Source: Thermodesulfobacteriota bacterium (GTDB lineage: Bacteria; Desulfobacterota_D; UBA1144; Nemesobacterales; N074bin48). From it: a stretch of DNA of 44,643 nucleotides. Every line of letters starts with the position of its first letter. The first letter of the stretch is position 1. The translations under genes and the position numbers were made by a program. This document shows, one piece after another, positions 9,503 to 19,525 of this stretch. The DNA is taken from the NCBI GenBank assembly GCA_041572575.1, contig JBFFSH010000014.1, positions 1 through 44,643 of the forward strand. The letters are read 5' to 3'. The notes beneath the pieces were generated by a model, which was not told the DNA's origin, searched no databases, and saw only the letters and a program-made list of their open reading frames with translations.

Positions 9503-10786
9503 TTAAGTAGGTGTAATATCGTCTCCCATTACTACTCCAAGTGGAGTGTATCCGCTGTAACCCGGAAATACAGTGCTGAGATTAGGATTTGCAAATCTTC
9601 TTATAAGTATCTCGCTTAGAACCTGTCTGTAGTCAGTCATTACATCTACTTCCCTGCCTTGATGCAGCTGCTCACCGCTAAGCCCCGGCCATGATCCATA
9701 TAACTGGCCGCCGTTTACACAGCCGCCTAGAACAAACATTGCATTTCCTTTACCATGATCAGTTCCAAGTGAATCATTTTCATTAAAAGTCCTGCCAAAT
9801 TCACTCATTATTGCCATGGTAAACCTCTGCCTGTAATCAGTAGTGGAAGTATTTAAGTCATTAAAAAGCGCATAAATTCCTTCAGAAAAAGTCTGTAGAT
9901 GGTTTGCGAAATATCCTCCGCCACCCGGTCCCTGGTTGTTATGAGTGTCCCATCCGCCAAAATCAAGAGTGGCCGATCTGAGGCCAACCTGAGCTTTAAT
10001 AAGCCTAGCTATGGTCTGTAAATCTCTTCCGAAGCCACCACCCGGATAATTTACTCCTGGTTCGGGTGTATAGCTTCCAAGCAGATTGTTTGCTACAATA
10101 TCAAGCGATGCTATGGCATTACTTCCCGTTACCTCAACCTGACTCTCTCCGCCATATATAGAAGTAAGCGCCTGTCTCTGCTCTGTTCTCCAGGCTGACG
10201 GCCCAATATTAAGGGTAAAGTTATTAGGATTTGCAATAGTAAGAGTATCTAAGTAGCTTAAAAGGGAAGTGGGAGATAAATTTCCTGTTGCAAGAGAGGC
10301 CTGCTCTTCCGGGCCTGCGAATATGTTTGCAGATTCAAGGTGCCTTGCAAGCCAGCCCGATGTACCTACTTTTGAACCCGGTGTGCCAAGCTCCATAAAG
10401 CTCATGGAATCAAAATGGCTCCTATTAGTTAAATTAAGAATACCGGTTGCCTGAACTGCCGCTAAATAACCTGCGTTGTAAAGCTCATGGAGTCTAGCAG
10501 CCGATGGGTGAAAGAAAAAATTATTAGTTCCTAATTGATAAGTAGAATCAGCAGGTACCTGAATAGTACTTCTTGCTGCTTCATAAAAACCCCTGTCTGC
10601 TCCGTCAAACGGCGGCATTATATTGAGTGCATCCCAACCACCTCTAATAAATATAGTAAGCATTATTTCCTGATCAGGCTCTGCTAGCGGATCACCCATA
10701 ACTACCGATGTTAACCTCGAACCAGCCATAGCAGCTATTGCCGCCGAACACCCAACTAAAAACTGTCGTCTTGAAAAATCAGCCAT
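9503..10786 (-). CDS. DUF1501 domain protein with Tat signal
   Basis: SRRQFL twin-arginine motif; RGGWDAL, RSHF, GWLARHL, GGWDTH, SEFGRT, GTDHG, DYRQV. Confidence 0.85.
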   Translation of the reverse strand: MADFSRRQFLVGCSAAIAAMAGSRLTSVVMGDPLAEPDQEIMLTIFIRGGWDALNIMPPFDGADRGFYEAARSTIQVPADSTYQLGTNNFFFHPSAARLHELYNAGYLAAVQATGILNLTNRSHFDSMSFMELGTPGSKVGTSGWLARHLESANIFAGPEEQASLATGNLSPTSLLSYLDTLTIANPNNFTLNIGPSAWRTEQRQALTSIYGGESQVEVTGSNAIASLDIVANNLLGSYTPEPGVNYPGGGFGRDLQTIARLIKAQVGLRSATLDFGGWDTHNNQGPGGGGYFANHLQTFSEGIYALFNDLNTSTTDYRQRFTMAIMSEFGRTFNENDSLGTDHGKGNAMFVLGGCVNGGQLYGSWPGLSGEQLHQGREVDVMTDYRQVLSEILIRRFANPNLSTVFPGYSGYTPLGVVMGDDITPT

Positions 10787-10816
10787 TTTTAATATCCTCC
10801 CACAACTTTGCTTTTA

Positions 10817-12412
10817 TTATTTCATCTGAAATTCTGGTGACATCTGAATAAGGGCAATTAATGACCTAACTCTGTCTCTGATTGAGTTATTCCCTGGAAA
10901 ATCGAGCAGTACATCAGGGTCACCACCATCTGCCATAAAATTAATCATCTCTGTCCTGTCTGCCTCGGCAATACCTGTGTACCCGATTAACTCAGCCAGC
11001 CAGAAATCAACTATCTCTGTTGCACTCTGCTCAGTCTGGGGAGCCTGCCCTATAACATCAATTGCAAGTGTGTCACCGATCTTTCTGTCTATAAACCAAT
11101 TTGCAAGCCTCCACCTCATCACATATGAATTAGAATTCTGCCAAGCCCCTGCAACATCAGGCCATCCGTTTGGCGGTTTCCAGTGAAACAGATGCTGACC
11201 AATGAGTCTGTATCTATTTATAAAAGAATTGAGCCACGATTCATCTATAAGAACCGAAAAATCAGCACCTAAAGTCCTTAAGGAACTAGCTGTAAATTCA
11301 AATCCTCTTTTAAACTTGCCACCATATGAAGATTTGAATGCACTGTGTTTTAAAATTGTTTCCATAACAAGCTTTAATTGCTGCGGACTGTCTGCATTAC
11401 TTAAAAATGTGTTTGCTGCTGCCGCAACTACATCTGCGGGAGGACTGTCTGATATAAACCTTCTGCAAAGCTTAAATACGATATACTCCGCCACTTTTTC
11501 ATGATGTGCCAAAATATTGATCACATCCAGTCCGTCCTGAAGCGGTCCTTGCCCTGCAGGTATCTGCTGACCAAGAACAAGCTTGGCATCCGTATCATGC
11601 CAGCTTTCCTGATAATAAAATTCCCCTGTTTGTCCTCTACTTGTATTATTTGCAACAGTCCAGCCTGTAAAACACCTTGTGACCTCAATCACGTCGTTTT
11701 CTACATAGCCGAGTGAATTTGGATATCCCGGTACATCCTCGGGTGGAATTGATCCGAAGTAGTTATCCGTACCCATTGCCATAAGCTCGAGTAGTTCTCT
11801 CGACCAGTTCTCATTAGGCCCTGAAGCCCTGTTATTATAGTTATCTAAATAGTAGAGCATGCTTGTGCTCTGGCTTACAGCTTCCAGCATATCTCTGTAA
11901 TTTCCGAGTACATGCGGTCTTATTACATCTCTGTCATAATGAATAGACATCGAACGTTCCGGGCTTCCACCAAAATATATACTGAAGTGTGAATGCCAGA
12001 AATCAGCAAGCACTTCTACAAGCTGTTTCTTGCTGTGTGTAGCCCTTATAAGAGTTAGTAGTTCAAGTTCTCTTACAGGTTTTACTTGATCAGAACCCAT
12101 ACTCGATTTTACATGCTCCTGCCAGAGTTGAGTCCTTGTTTTATTGATGGTAGTAAAATACCCCGCAGATTGATAATCGCTTATTATTGTATCTAGCTCT
12201 GTATCGTCTATCGAGCTGGGGTCAGTCTGTTGATCGATATAATTATCAAGCCGTTTCTTCTCACTTTTACTAAGTGCCTCAAAATCGGCTATATCACCGG
12301 GCCTGGGTCCAAAACCCATTTTGTTTAGAGCAACAACAGATGTGGGTACCCCAGAATCTCCTGAGTTTTTACCCTTTCCACCCTTGTTGCCTTTATCATT
12401 ATTTGGCGGCAT
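10817..12412 (-). CDS. DUF1800 domain protein
   Basis: GFGPRPG, FWH-HF, ML-YLDN, PNEN-RELLEL, CFTGW, KLCRRF, PPNGWP, SPEFQ; paired with DUF1501. Confidence 0.85.
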   Translation of the reverse strand: MPPNNDKGNKGGKGKNSGDSGVPTSVVALNKMGFGPRPGDIADFEALSKSEKKRLDNYIDQQTDPSSIDDTELDTIISDYQSAGYFTTINKTRTQLWQEHVKSSMGSDQVKPVRELELLTLIRATHSKKQLVEVLADFWHSHFSIYFGGSPERSMSIHYDRDVIRPHVLGNYRDMLEAVSQSTSMLYYLDNYNNRASGPNENWSRELLELMAMGTDNYFGSIPPEDVPGYPNSLGYVENDVIEVTRCFTGWTVANNTSRGQTGEFYYQESWHDTDAKLVLGQQIPAGQGPLQDGLDVINILAHHEKVAEYIVFKLCRRFISDSPPADVVAAAANTFLSNADSPQQLKLVMETILKHSAFKSSYGGKFKRGFEFTASSLRTLGADFSVLIDESWLNSFINRYRLIGQHLFHWKPPNGWPDVAGAWQNSNSYVMRWRLANWFIDRKIGDTLAIDVIGQAPQTEQSATEIVDFWLAELIGYTGIAEADRTEMINFMADGGDPDVLLDFPGNNSIRDRVRSLIALIQMSPEFQMK

Positions 12413-12472
12413 ATCATCATCCTCACAACTAAATTAAGATAACAAATGATAAACCCACTTTATAAAAAAAGC

Positions 12473-12546
12473 AATACTAAAGTATTAATTGTATTTAATA
12501 CTAAATATTTATGCTTGGATAGGAATTATTATTAAACTAAAGTATT
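12473..12546. promoter_or_regulatory. Candidate operator array (AATACT-AA-AGTATT palindrome plus two degenerate copies)
   Basis: AATACTAAAGTATT 12473-12486; AATACTAAATATTT 12497-12510; AAACTAAAGTATT 12534-12546, in a divergent intergenic region. Confidence 0.4.
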
Positions 12547-12610
12547 ATCTATTTTTTATTTATTATTCTGTCACAAATTCTATATTTTGATGGTAAAATG
12601 AATTGGAATT

Positions 12611-13357
12611 ATGAGTAAGCTTTTAGTATTCAGGCATGTAGCCTACGAAATTCTTGGTACACTAGATCCACTTCTAAGAAATGCGGGGTTCAGGATTAAA
12701 TATGTGAACTTCGAAAGACACCCGGATGCAATTCCTAATATCGACAATTATGACGGCCTGATAGTCCTGGGAGGTCCAATGAATGTTGATCAGACCGATG
12801 AATATCCAAACTTATTAACAGAAATAGATGTTATAAGGAAGGCAATAGATGAACGAAAACCTGTGCTTGGAATCTGCCTCGGTGCACAGCTTCTTGCAAA
12901 AGCGCTTGGGGCAAAAGTGAATAAAAATAAGAAGCCGGAGATCGGGTGGTATGACGTAACACCAACATCTAATGGAAAGAAGGACGATCTGATTTCTCAT
13001 TTTGCAGGTACTGAAAAAATTTTTCAGTGGCATGGTGATACATTTGAAATACCCAAGGGTGCAGTTCATCTCGCATCTTCCAAGCTATGTAAAAATCAGG
13101 CATTCAAATACGGTGAGAATGCATATGGGTTTCAGTTTCATCTGGAAGTTGATACAAATCTTATAGAAAGGTGGCTTAATGTACCTGCACATAAAATAGA
13201 AATTAAGAATACAAATGGAGAAATAATTCCTGAAAATATCCATGAGCAAACACCAAAACATATAGACAGGCTTATAGAATTAAGTAACTTAGTTTTCGGA
13301 CAGTTTTTCGCCCATTTTGAACTTAAAGGAAAAGTTCACACACTTCCATCAAGATAA
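12611..13357 (+). CDS. Type 1 glutamine amidotransferase (GMP-synthase-GAT-like)
   Basis: LGGPM, GICLGAQL nucleophile elbow, WHGDTF, QFHLE triad. Confidence 0.88.
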   Translation: MSKLLVFRHVAYEILGTLDPLLRNAGFRIKYVNFERHPDAIPNIDNYDGLIVLGGPMNVDQTDEYPNLLTEIDVIRKAIDERKPVLGICLGAQLLAKALGAKVNKNKKPEIGWYDVTPTSNGKKDDLISHFAGTEKIFQWHGDTFEIPKGAVHLASSKLCKNQAFKYGENAYGFQFHLEVDTNLIERWLNVPAHKIEIKNTNGEIIPENIHEQTPKHIDRLIELSNLVFGQFFAHFELKGKVHTLPSR

Positions 13358-13415
13358 ATCATATAATATGTATCCTTTTTATTATCTGCTAATCTAATAG
13401 TTTAGGGTATGAAAA

Positions 13416-13913
13416 ATGAATAAATTAATCATAGCAACTTTATTAATATTTCTTACAGCACTTTTAGTAATAAATATATCCTCCAATGCAGACCAGATGT
13501 CTGAAAATGAAGTACTTGAGAGAACCGGACTTACTAAGGAAGACTGGAAGAAAAAACTTACAAAACTTGAATATCATGTTATCTGGGAAAAAGGCACCGA
13601 AAGACCTTTTACAGGAGATTTACTAAACAACAAGAAAAAAGGTGTCTATGTCTCAGCTGCATGTAAGCAGCCTGTATTCCATTCAGATCATAAATATGAA
13701 TCAGGCACAGGGTGGCCAAGTTTCTATCAGCCTATTTCAGAAGATTCAATCAAGCTTATAAAAGATACCTCTTTTGGAATGACAAGGTGGGAAGTTGTTT
13801 CAAGCAAGTGCGGTGAGCACCTTGGTCATGTTTTTAACGACGGCCCTGCTCCAACCGGCCTTAGATACTGCCTAAACTCCGCAGCACTGGATTTTGTAGA
13901 AGAATCTGAGTAA
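13416..13913 (+). CDS. msrB: Peptide-methionine (R)-S-oxide reductase MsrB with N-terminal signal peptide/anchor
   Basis: [33 protein letters not shown]. Confidence 0.93.
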   Translation: MNKLIIATLLIFLTALLVINISSNADQMSENEVLERTGLTKEDWKKKLTKLEYHVIWEKGTERPFTGDLLNNKKKGVYVSAACKQPVFHSDHKYESGTGWPSFYQPISEDSIKLIKDTSFGMTRWEVVSSKCGEHLGHVFNDGPAPTGLRYCLNSAALDFVEESE

Positions 13914-13987
13914 CAACCTTATTTTAAGGTTTAGTCCCCTTTTATATTTTTCACAATCCCTTTTGTGATTACTTAACTAATAAATAT

Positions 13988-14016
13988 TTGCAATATAATC
14001 TGTTCTGTATTATAAA
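13988..14016 (+). promoter_or_regulatory. Putative sigma70 promoter upstream of the terC-rraA-dsbA block
   Basis: TTGCAA (13988-13993), 17 nt spacer, TATAAA (14011-14016); AT-rich background lowers specificity. Confidence 0.4.
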
Positions 14017-14067
14017 ATTTTAGACATAGGCACTAATAAAATGAGTATATAGTTTATTAAATTATAT

Positions 14068-14847
14068 ATGGAACAAATACTCAACCTCGACAACATTGTA
14101 TCACTTGGTCTGCTGATTTTACTTCAGGCTGTACTTGGCTTTGATAACCTTTTATATATCTCACTGGAATCAAAACGTGCTCCGGCTGAGAAGCAGGCAA
14201 TGGTACGCAGGCTTGGGATTGGAATTGCTGTAGTTCTTAGAATAGTGCTTCTTCTTCTGTTATTAAAGCTTATACAATATTTCCAGGATCCTCTTTTTGG
14301 AATTCATACAAGCATTATAGAAGGAACATTTAATCTGCACAGTATAATAGTTCTTCTTGGTGGAGTGTTTATTATCTACACATCTATACAGGAAATTTTT
14401 CATATGATAGGGCTTGAGGATCTTGGAAAAGAAGAGAAGGAAAAAAGCTCGGTTTCTATGATTATATTCTGGATAGTCTCTATGAACCTTGTATTTTCAT
14501 TCGACTCCATCTTAAGTGCAATGGCTCTTACTAAGGTATTCTGGGTAATGGCAACAGCTATCATCATCGGCGGGGCGCTTATGATCTGGCTTTCCGATAG
14601 TGTGGCGGAATTTTTGGAAAGAAACAGGATGTACGAAGTGCTGGGACTATTCATTTTATTCGTTGTGGGAATTATGCTTCTTACTGAAGGCGGCCATTTA
14701 GCTCATTTGACCATAATGGGTCAGGCAATAACTCCTATGAGCAAGACAACATTTTATTTTGTAATTACCGTATTAGTGCTGACTGATTTAGTTCAAAGCC
14801 GCTATCAAAAAAGATTATTAAAAGTAAAACAAATTGGAGTAAAATAA
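14068..14847 (+). CDS. TerC family integral membrane protein
   Basis: [15 protein letters not shown] and [12 protein letters not shown] motifs; multi-TM. Confidence 0.85.
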   Translation: MEQILNLDNIVSLGLLILLQAVLGFDNLLYISLESKRAPAEKQAMVRRLGIGIAVVLRIVLLLLLLKLIQYFQDPLFGIHTSIIEGTFNLHSIIVLLGGVFIIYTSIQEIFHMIGLEDLGKEEKEKSSVSMIIFWIVSMNLVFSFDSILSAMALTKVFWVMATAIIIGGALMIWLSDSVAEFLERNRMYEVLGLFILFVVGIMLLTEGGHLAHLTIMGQAITPMSKTTFYFVITVLVLTDLVQSRYQKRLLKVKQIGVK

Positions 14848-14855
14848 AATTGACT

Positions 14856-15344
14856 ATGAAATACCAAACTCCCGATCTTTGTGACGAATATACTGATCTT
14901 GTAAGAGTAGTGGAGCCGATCTTTAACAGCTACGGCGGCAAATCTTCATTCGGCGGACAGATAGTTACTATTAAGTGTCATGAAGATAATTCAGTGGTAA
15001 AACAAACTGCAGGTACTAATGGTAATGGAAAAGTTATGGTTGTAGATGGTGGCGGATCACTTAGAAGAGCGCTGCTTGGAGACCTTATTGCTGCAGATGC
15101 GGTAAAAAACGGCTGGGAAGGATTTATTATTTATGGCTGCATTAGAGATGTGGATGCAATCTCTGAAATGGACCTGGGTGTAAAGGCTTTAAACACTGTA
15201 CCTCTTAAAACAGAAAAAAAGGGGATAGGTGAATTAAACATCTCTGTAACATTTGGTGGTGTAACTTTTAATCCAGGCGAATATCTTTATGCCGATAATA
15301 ATGGCATTATTGTATCATCCAAACCTCTGGATAATAAAGGTTAA
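14856..15344 (+). CDS. rraA: RraA family protein (HMG aldolase/oxaloacetate decarboxylase-like)
   Basis: [38 protein letters not shown] 14856 chosen over TTG 14850. Confidence 0.88.
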   Translation: MKYQTPDLCDEYTDLVRVVEPIFNSYGGKSSFGGQIVTIKCHEDNSVVKQTAGTNGNGKVMVVDGGGSLRRALLGDLIAADAVKNGWEGFIIYGCIRDVDAISEMDLGVKALNTVPLKTEKKGIGELNISVTFGGVTFNPGEYLYADNNGIIVSSKPLDNKG

Positions 15345-15350
15345 CAAACA

Positions 15351-15983
15351 ATGACACAGCTTGATTGGTATTTCGATTTCATATCCCCGTTTGTCTACCT
15401 GCAGTTTACTCAGCTGCATAGAATACCGGATAATATTAATATCAATTATAAACCCGTGCTGTTTGCAGGCCTCCTAAAACATCATGAACACAAAGGACCC
15501 GCCGAGATACCTGCTAAGCGAAAGCTCACTTATCGTCATATAGTCTGGCTTGCCAGAAAAAATAATATCCCTTTCAAAATGCCCCCGGCCCATCCTTTCA
15601 ATCCTCTAAAAGCTCTCAGGCTTAGTATAGCATTGGATAATAATATTGATGCGATCACTAAGATTTTTAATTATATTTGGGTCAATGGACAATCTTTAGA
15701 AGATGAGGAGGCATGGGATAAATTAGCAAAAGAGCTTGGAGTAGAAAATCCAGAAGATATGATAAAGCAGCCTCAAGTAAAAGAACAACTGCGTACAAAT
15801 ACAGAACAAGCAGTGAATCTGGGTATTTTTGGAGTACCTACAACAATTATAAACGGGCAGCTTTTTTGGGGTTTTGATACAACCGATATGCTTTTAGAAT
15901 ATATTAATTATCCTGATATGTTTGAGGAAAAAGAGATGAGCCGTGTATTCAATCTACCTGAAGCCGTGCAGAGAAAAACGTGA
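15351..15983 (+). CDS. DsbA-fold HCCA isomerase / GST-kappa family protein
   Basis: YFDFISPF-YL, GPAEIPAKR, HPFNP, G-FGVPT, LFWG-D. Confidence 0.85.
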   Translation: MTQLDWYFDFISPFVYLQFTQLHRIPDNININYKPVLFAGLLKHHEHKGPAEIPAKRKLTYRHIVWLARKNNIPFKMPPAHPFNPLKALRLSIALDNNIDAITKIFNYIWVNGQSLEDEEAWDKLAKELGVENPEDMIKQPQVKEQLRTNTEQAVNLGIFGVPTTIINGQLFWGFDTTDMLLEYINYPDMFEEKEMSRVFNLPEAVQRKT

Positions 15984-16047
15984 AGTAACAACTTTCTCAT
16001 TTGTTGTATATAATATGTCTTCAGAACATAATAGCTCAATATAATAT

Positions 16048-16911
16048 ATGACTAATAATAAACTCTCAGCAATTTTGCTTTTTTCCTGCCCTGACAAACC
16101 GGGCCTTGTTTCAAAAATCTCACATTTTATCTTTGAGATAGGGGGAAACATACTCGATCTGGTTGAACATGTTGAAATAGATGAAAAGTTTTTTTCTATC
16201 AGGATTGAATGGGAAATGGATGGTAGTTCTATTTCCCCATCAGATCTGAACGAAAAATTTAAGCCCATTGTAGATCAGTTTAATGCACAATGGAAAATAA
16301 ATTTTAAGGATAAGAAGAAGAGAGTAGCAATATTTGTATCAAAATATGACCACTGTCTTCAGGAAATTCTTTGGAGGCACAGCACTGGTGAATACGATAT
16401 CGAAATACCCCTTATAATTTCAAACCATCCAGACCTTGCTCCGCTGGCAGATCACTATTCAATCCCATATCATTTGTTTGAAATATCTAAGGAATCAAAA
16501 CAGGTTCAGGAACAAAAAGAACTGGATCTATTAAGAGAAAGCAACATAGACACTATAGTAATGGCAAGGTATATGCAGATCCTATCACCTGTGCTCATTG
16601 ATGAGTATCCAAACCAGATCATAAATATTCATCACTCATTTCTTCCGGCTTTTATAGGAGGAAACCCATACAAGCAGGCGTTTGAAAGAGGAGTGAAAAT
16701 AATAGGGGCAACCAGTCACTTTGCTACTGAAAACCTGGATGAGGGGCCTATAATAGAACAGGACATCATTCGAATTTCTCATAAAGATTCAATAGAAGAC
16801 TTAAAACGCAAAGGAAGGGATCTTGAAAGAATGGTTCTTGCACGTGCTCTGCATTTTCATTTTGAAGACCGAATATTGGTAAGAGGAAAGAAAACAATAA
16901 TTTTTGAATAG
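16048..16911 (+). CDS. purU: Formyltetrahydrofolate deformylase
   Basis: ACT domain (SCPDKPGLV), ARYMQILS, INIHHSFLPAF-G-NPY-QA, DEGPIIEQ. Confidence 0.95.
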   Translation: MTNNKLSAILLFSCPDKPGLVSKISHFIFEIGGNILDLVEHVEIDEKFFSIRIEWEMDGSSISPSDLNEKFKPIVDQFNAQWKINFKDKKKRVAIFVSKYDHCLQEILWRHSTGEYDIEIPLIISNHPDLAPLADHYSIPYHLFEISKESKQVQEQKELDLLRESNIDTIVMARYMQILSPVLIDEYPNQIINIHHSFLPAFIGGNPYKQAFERGVKIIGATSHFATENLDEGPIIEQDIIRISHKDSIEDLKRKGRDLERMVLARALHFHFEDRILVRGKKTIIFE

Positions 16912-17075
16912 AAATCAGTACCAAAGTCTTAATTATAACCAAATCCTTTCTAATTCACTCTAAAGATACTTAAAAATTATTAATATACATTATTAATTGC
17001 AATATTTATTGTTTTATCATACAATCTCTAGATAGAAAGATTGGTTTTAAAGTCTTACTTATTAAGAGCACCTGA

Positions 17076-17101
17076 AATTTTATGATTCTGATCATAAAAT
17101 T
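17076..17101. repeat. Perfect 11-bp inverted repeat upstream of GAF kinase
   Basis: AATTTTATGAT-TCTG-ATCATAAAATT. Confidence 0.6.
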
Positions 17102-17162
17102 AACTATATGAAGGAGAATAGAGAGAATAAGTAAATTTATATATAATATAATTTGATTATTT

Positions 17163-18458
17163 ATGAATGATATTAATAGCACTTCTCAATCTCTTAATAA
17201 TGAAATAGCTTCTCTAACAAAAAGAGTAGAAAAGTTAGAGAAAATAAGGGAAATTAGCTGTAAGCTAAGCTCTTCTCTAAGACTCGATCCGCTCTTAAAA
17301 GAAATAGTTACAACAGCCGCTGAGGTAATAGACTGTGCAGGCACATCAATATTTCTTGTAGATGAGAATACCGATGATCTTCGTTTTAAAGCTACAACTA
17401 TAAAGGCATTAAATCTTATTTCCGATGTTCCGGTCCCGTTAAATGAATCTATTGCGGGGCAGATATACTTAACAAGTAAACCTCAAATAGTGCATGATGT
17501 GAAGTCTAATAGACGTTTTTTTGATAAGATTGATAAAATCCTTGGCTTCGAATCAAAAAGCTTACTGGGAGTGCCACTGATTATTAATGAAAAATGCATT
17601 GGTGTTTTAGAAGCTGTAAATAAAAGAGGAGATGATGTTTTCGTTGAAGATGATATAGATACTTTAACTGCACTTGCAGCACATGCGTCAATTGCTATAG
17701 ATAATGCAAGACTATATGAATCGGTTCTGGACACAGCCGCTGAGCTCGAACAGAAGGTAGAAGAAAGAACAACTGAGCTCAGACTAAGAAATGAAGAGCT
17801 CTCATCCTACGATCATACAGTAGCACACGATCTTAAAAATTTACTTTCTATTATAATTAGCTATTCCAAGATATTGGAAGATGATTTCCCGCTTGTTTCT
17901 GAAAAGGAGCTTGGTGATAGCCTGCAAAAAATAACAGACTATTCATTCAAAATGTCCAGTGTAATAGATGAGATGTTATATCTGGCCGAAGTACGTGATA
18001 CAGATGTGCAAAAAGAGAATCTCGATATGGCAGAAATAGTCGAAGAAGCCAAAAAACGCGTGGATTTTATGCTCAAGGAATTTAATGCTGAACTTAAAAC
18101 GCCAGATTCGTGGCCAGGAGCTCTTGGCTATGCACCCTGGATTGAAGAAGTTTGGGTAAACTATCTTAGCAATGCAATAAAATCCGGGGGCCAACCTCCA
18201 ATAATTGAAATTGGATCAACAGGGCTTTCAAACGGCGACATCGAGTTTTGGATAAAAGACAACGGTAACGGAATATCCGCTGAAGATCAAAAAGGATTAT
18301 TTACAAGGTTTATGCCTTATGATCAGTACCGTAAGAAAGGACATGGTCTGGGACTTTCTATTGTTTACAGAATAATCCATAAACTTGGTGGAACGGTTAG
18401 TGTACAAAGCGAGGTTGGCTCGGGAAGTAAATTCAATTTCACCCTTCCTGCAAACTGA
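17163..18458 (+). CDS. GAF-domain sensor histidine kinase (cytoplasmic, orphan)
   Basis: GAF (SLLGVPL...GVLEAVNK), H-box VAHDLKN, NYLSNAIK, DNG-GI, GHGLGL. Confidence 0.88.
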   Translation: MNDINSTSQSLNNEIASLTKRVEKLEKIREISCKLSSSLRLDPLLKEIVTTAAEVIDCAGTSIFLVDENTDDLRFKATTIKALNLISDVPVPLNESIAGQIYLTSKPQIVHDVKSNRRFFDKIDKILGFESKSLLGVPLIINEKCIGVLEAVNKRGDDVFVEDDIDTLTALAAHASIAIDNARLYESVLDTAAELEQKVEERTTELRLRNEELSSYDHTVAHDLKNLLSIIISYSKILEDDFPLVSEKELGDSLQKITDYSFKMSSVIDEMLYLAEVRDTDVQKENLDMAEIVEEAKKRVDFMLKEFNAELKTPDSWPGALGYAPWIEEVWVNYLSNAIKSGGQPPIIEIGSTGLSNGDIEFWIKDNGNGISAEDQKGLFTRFMPYDQYRKKGHGLGLSIVYRIIHKLGGTVSVQSEVGSGSKFNFTLPAN

Positions 18459-18524
18459 GTTTCAAAATATCCTGATATTTAGTTAAATTCCATACTCTAT
18501 ATGCCCAAATAACATTAAATAGAT

Positions 18525-18845
18525 ATGAATGAAAAGATATACTATTTTATTGTTTCCATACCCAAAGAAAGTCATATTGAGTTTGTAACCAAGCTTAATT
18601 CTTTTATCCTCAAACAATTCCCGGGCAAAAAAAACCCTTACACAATAAGACCTCTGGAAATTAGAGATAATGACACTCTATCAAAAGTAACTATTAAAAC
18701 TACTGAAGAAAATATTACGAGATTTTCTGACTCACTTTTTGAAAAGGACTACTTGTTCTTAGAGCAAAACAATGACGAAATTGAAATAGTGCGAAAGGAC
18801 TCTGTAGAATTTAACCTGGATGACAATAGCTTTACCAGACATTGA
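18525..18845 (+). CDS. Hypothetical protein
   Basis: 106-aa ORF filling intergenic space, no recognised motif. Confidence 0.55.
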   Translation: MNEKIYYFIVSIPKESHIEFVTKLNSFILKQFPGKKNPYTIRPLEIRDNDTLSKVTIKTTEENITRFSDSLFEKDYLFLEQNNDEIEIVRKDSVEFNLDDNSFTRH

Positions 18846-18924
18846 GCTACATCAATATACCTAATTTATTTTATCCTAAGTGTCAGGTTAAAGTTGTATA
18901 ATTAATTATCCTTTGTTAAGGTAA

Positions 18925-19098
18925 ATGACAACCCTCTGGATGAAATTAAAAAGAATGCTGATTATAATAGGAGGCGCCTTCTCAATGCTGCTTGGATCAG
19001 GCGGCATAATTGGAATTGTGCTTTTTCAAAAGCCCGAGATGAAATCTGCATATATGTATATTGGTCTGTATGGAAGTGAAAAGCAGATTGGGGACTTA
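18925..19098 (+). CDS. Putative small membrane protein (57 aa; alternative start 18940)
   Basis: Manual translation MTTLWMKLKRMLIIIGGAFSMLLGSGGIIGIVLFQKPEMKSAYMYIGLYGSEKQIGT*; basic N-region plus hydrophobic stretch; below ORF-track cutoff. Confidence 0.35.
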
Positions 19099-19110
19099 AG
19101 TTAAAAACAC

Positions 19111-19311
19111 TCAGTGCAGATATTTAGGGGGTTGGGAATCATCTTCATCACTGTCTATTTCAATAATAGATCCCTCATCATAATCTTTTTTTGCAAGTTC
19201 ATTCTCATAATATCTTATCTTTCCTATGGAGTTATCCTTCTTATATTTCCATCTTTTATAAAAATGCATACACAAATATACAATAAGGAATAATACGAGA
19301 AATTTACCCAC
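19111..19311 (-). CDS. Small single-TM hypothetical protein
   Basis: N-terminal TM, basic stop-transfer, acidic tail ending PPKYLH. Confidence 0.5.
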   Translation of the reverse strand: MGKFLVLFLIVYLCMHFYKRWKYKKDNSIGKIRYYENELAKKDYDEGSIIEIDSDEDDSQPPKYLH

Positions 19312-19525
19312 AGCAATTTTAGGTTACACCAATAATAATTAAATGTGAAATTATTTTTCCATCCCAGGCTTAACCTATTATTAAAATCATTGGTCACATT
19401 ATTGAAATGTTATACCAACCCTCTTATTAAGATTCATATAAACACCTATCGTATTTTTTTGCTTAATAAGAAAATTTCTAGAATTATAACCCGTATGCAA
19501 CAGTTACATTCGTCATTGCTTATGA

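Noticed and set aside
13914..14067. yybP-ykoY (Mn) riboswitch upstream of terC
   Set aside because: No conserved motif seen, and the putative promoter leaves too short a leader
14856..15344. RraA as menaquinone methyltransferase MenG linked to the mqn cluster
   Set aside because: The MenG label for this family is a historical misannotation; there is no SAM-binding motif
18626..18634. Poly-A run in the hypothetical gene (and G6 runs before the lectin genes) as phase-variation tracts
   Set aside because: Short A runs are common in this AT-rich DNA, and the G6 runs are explained as Shine-Dalgarno sequences
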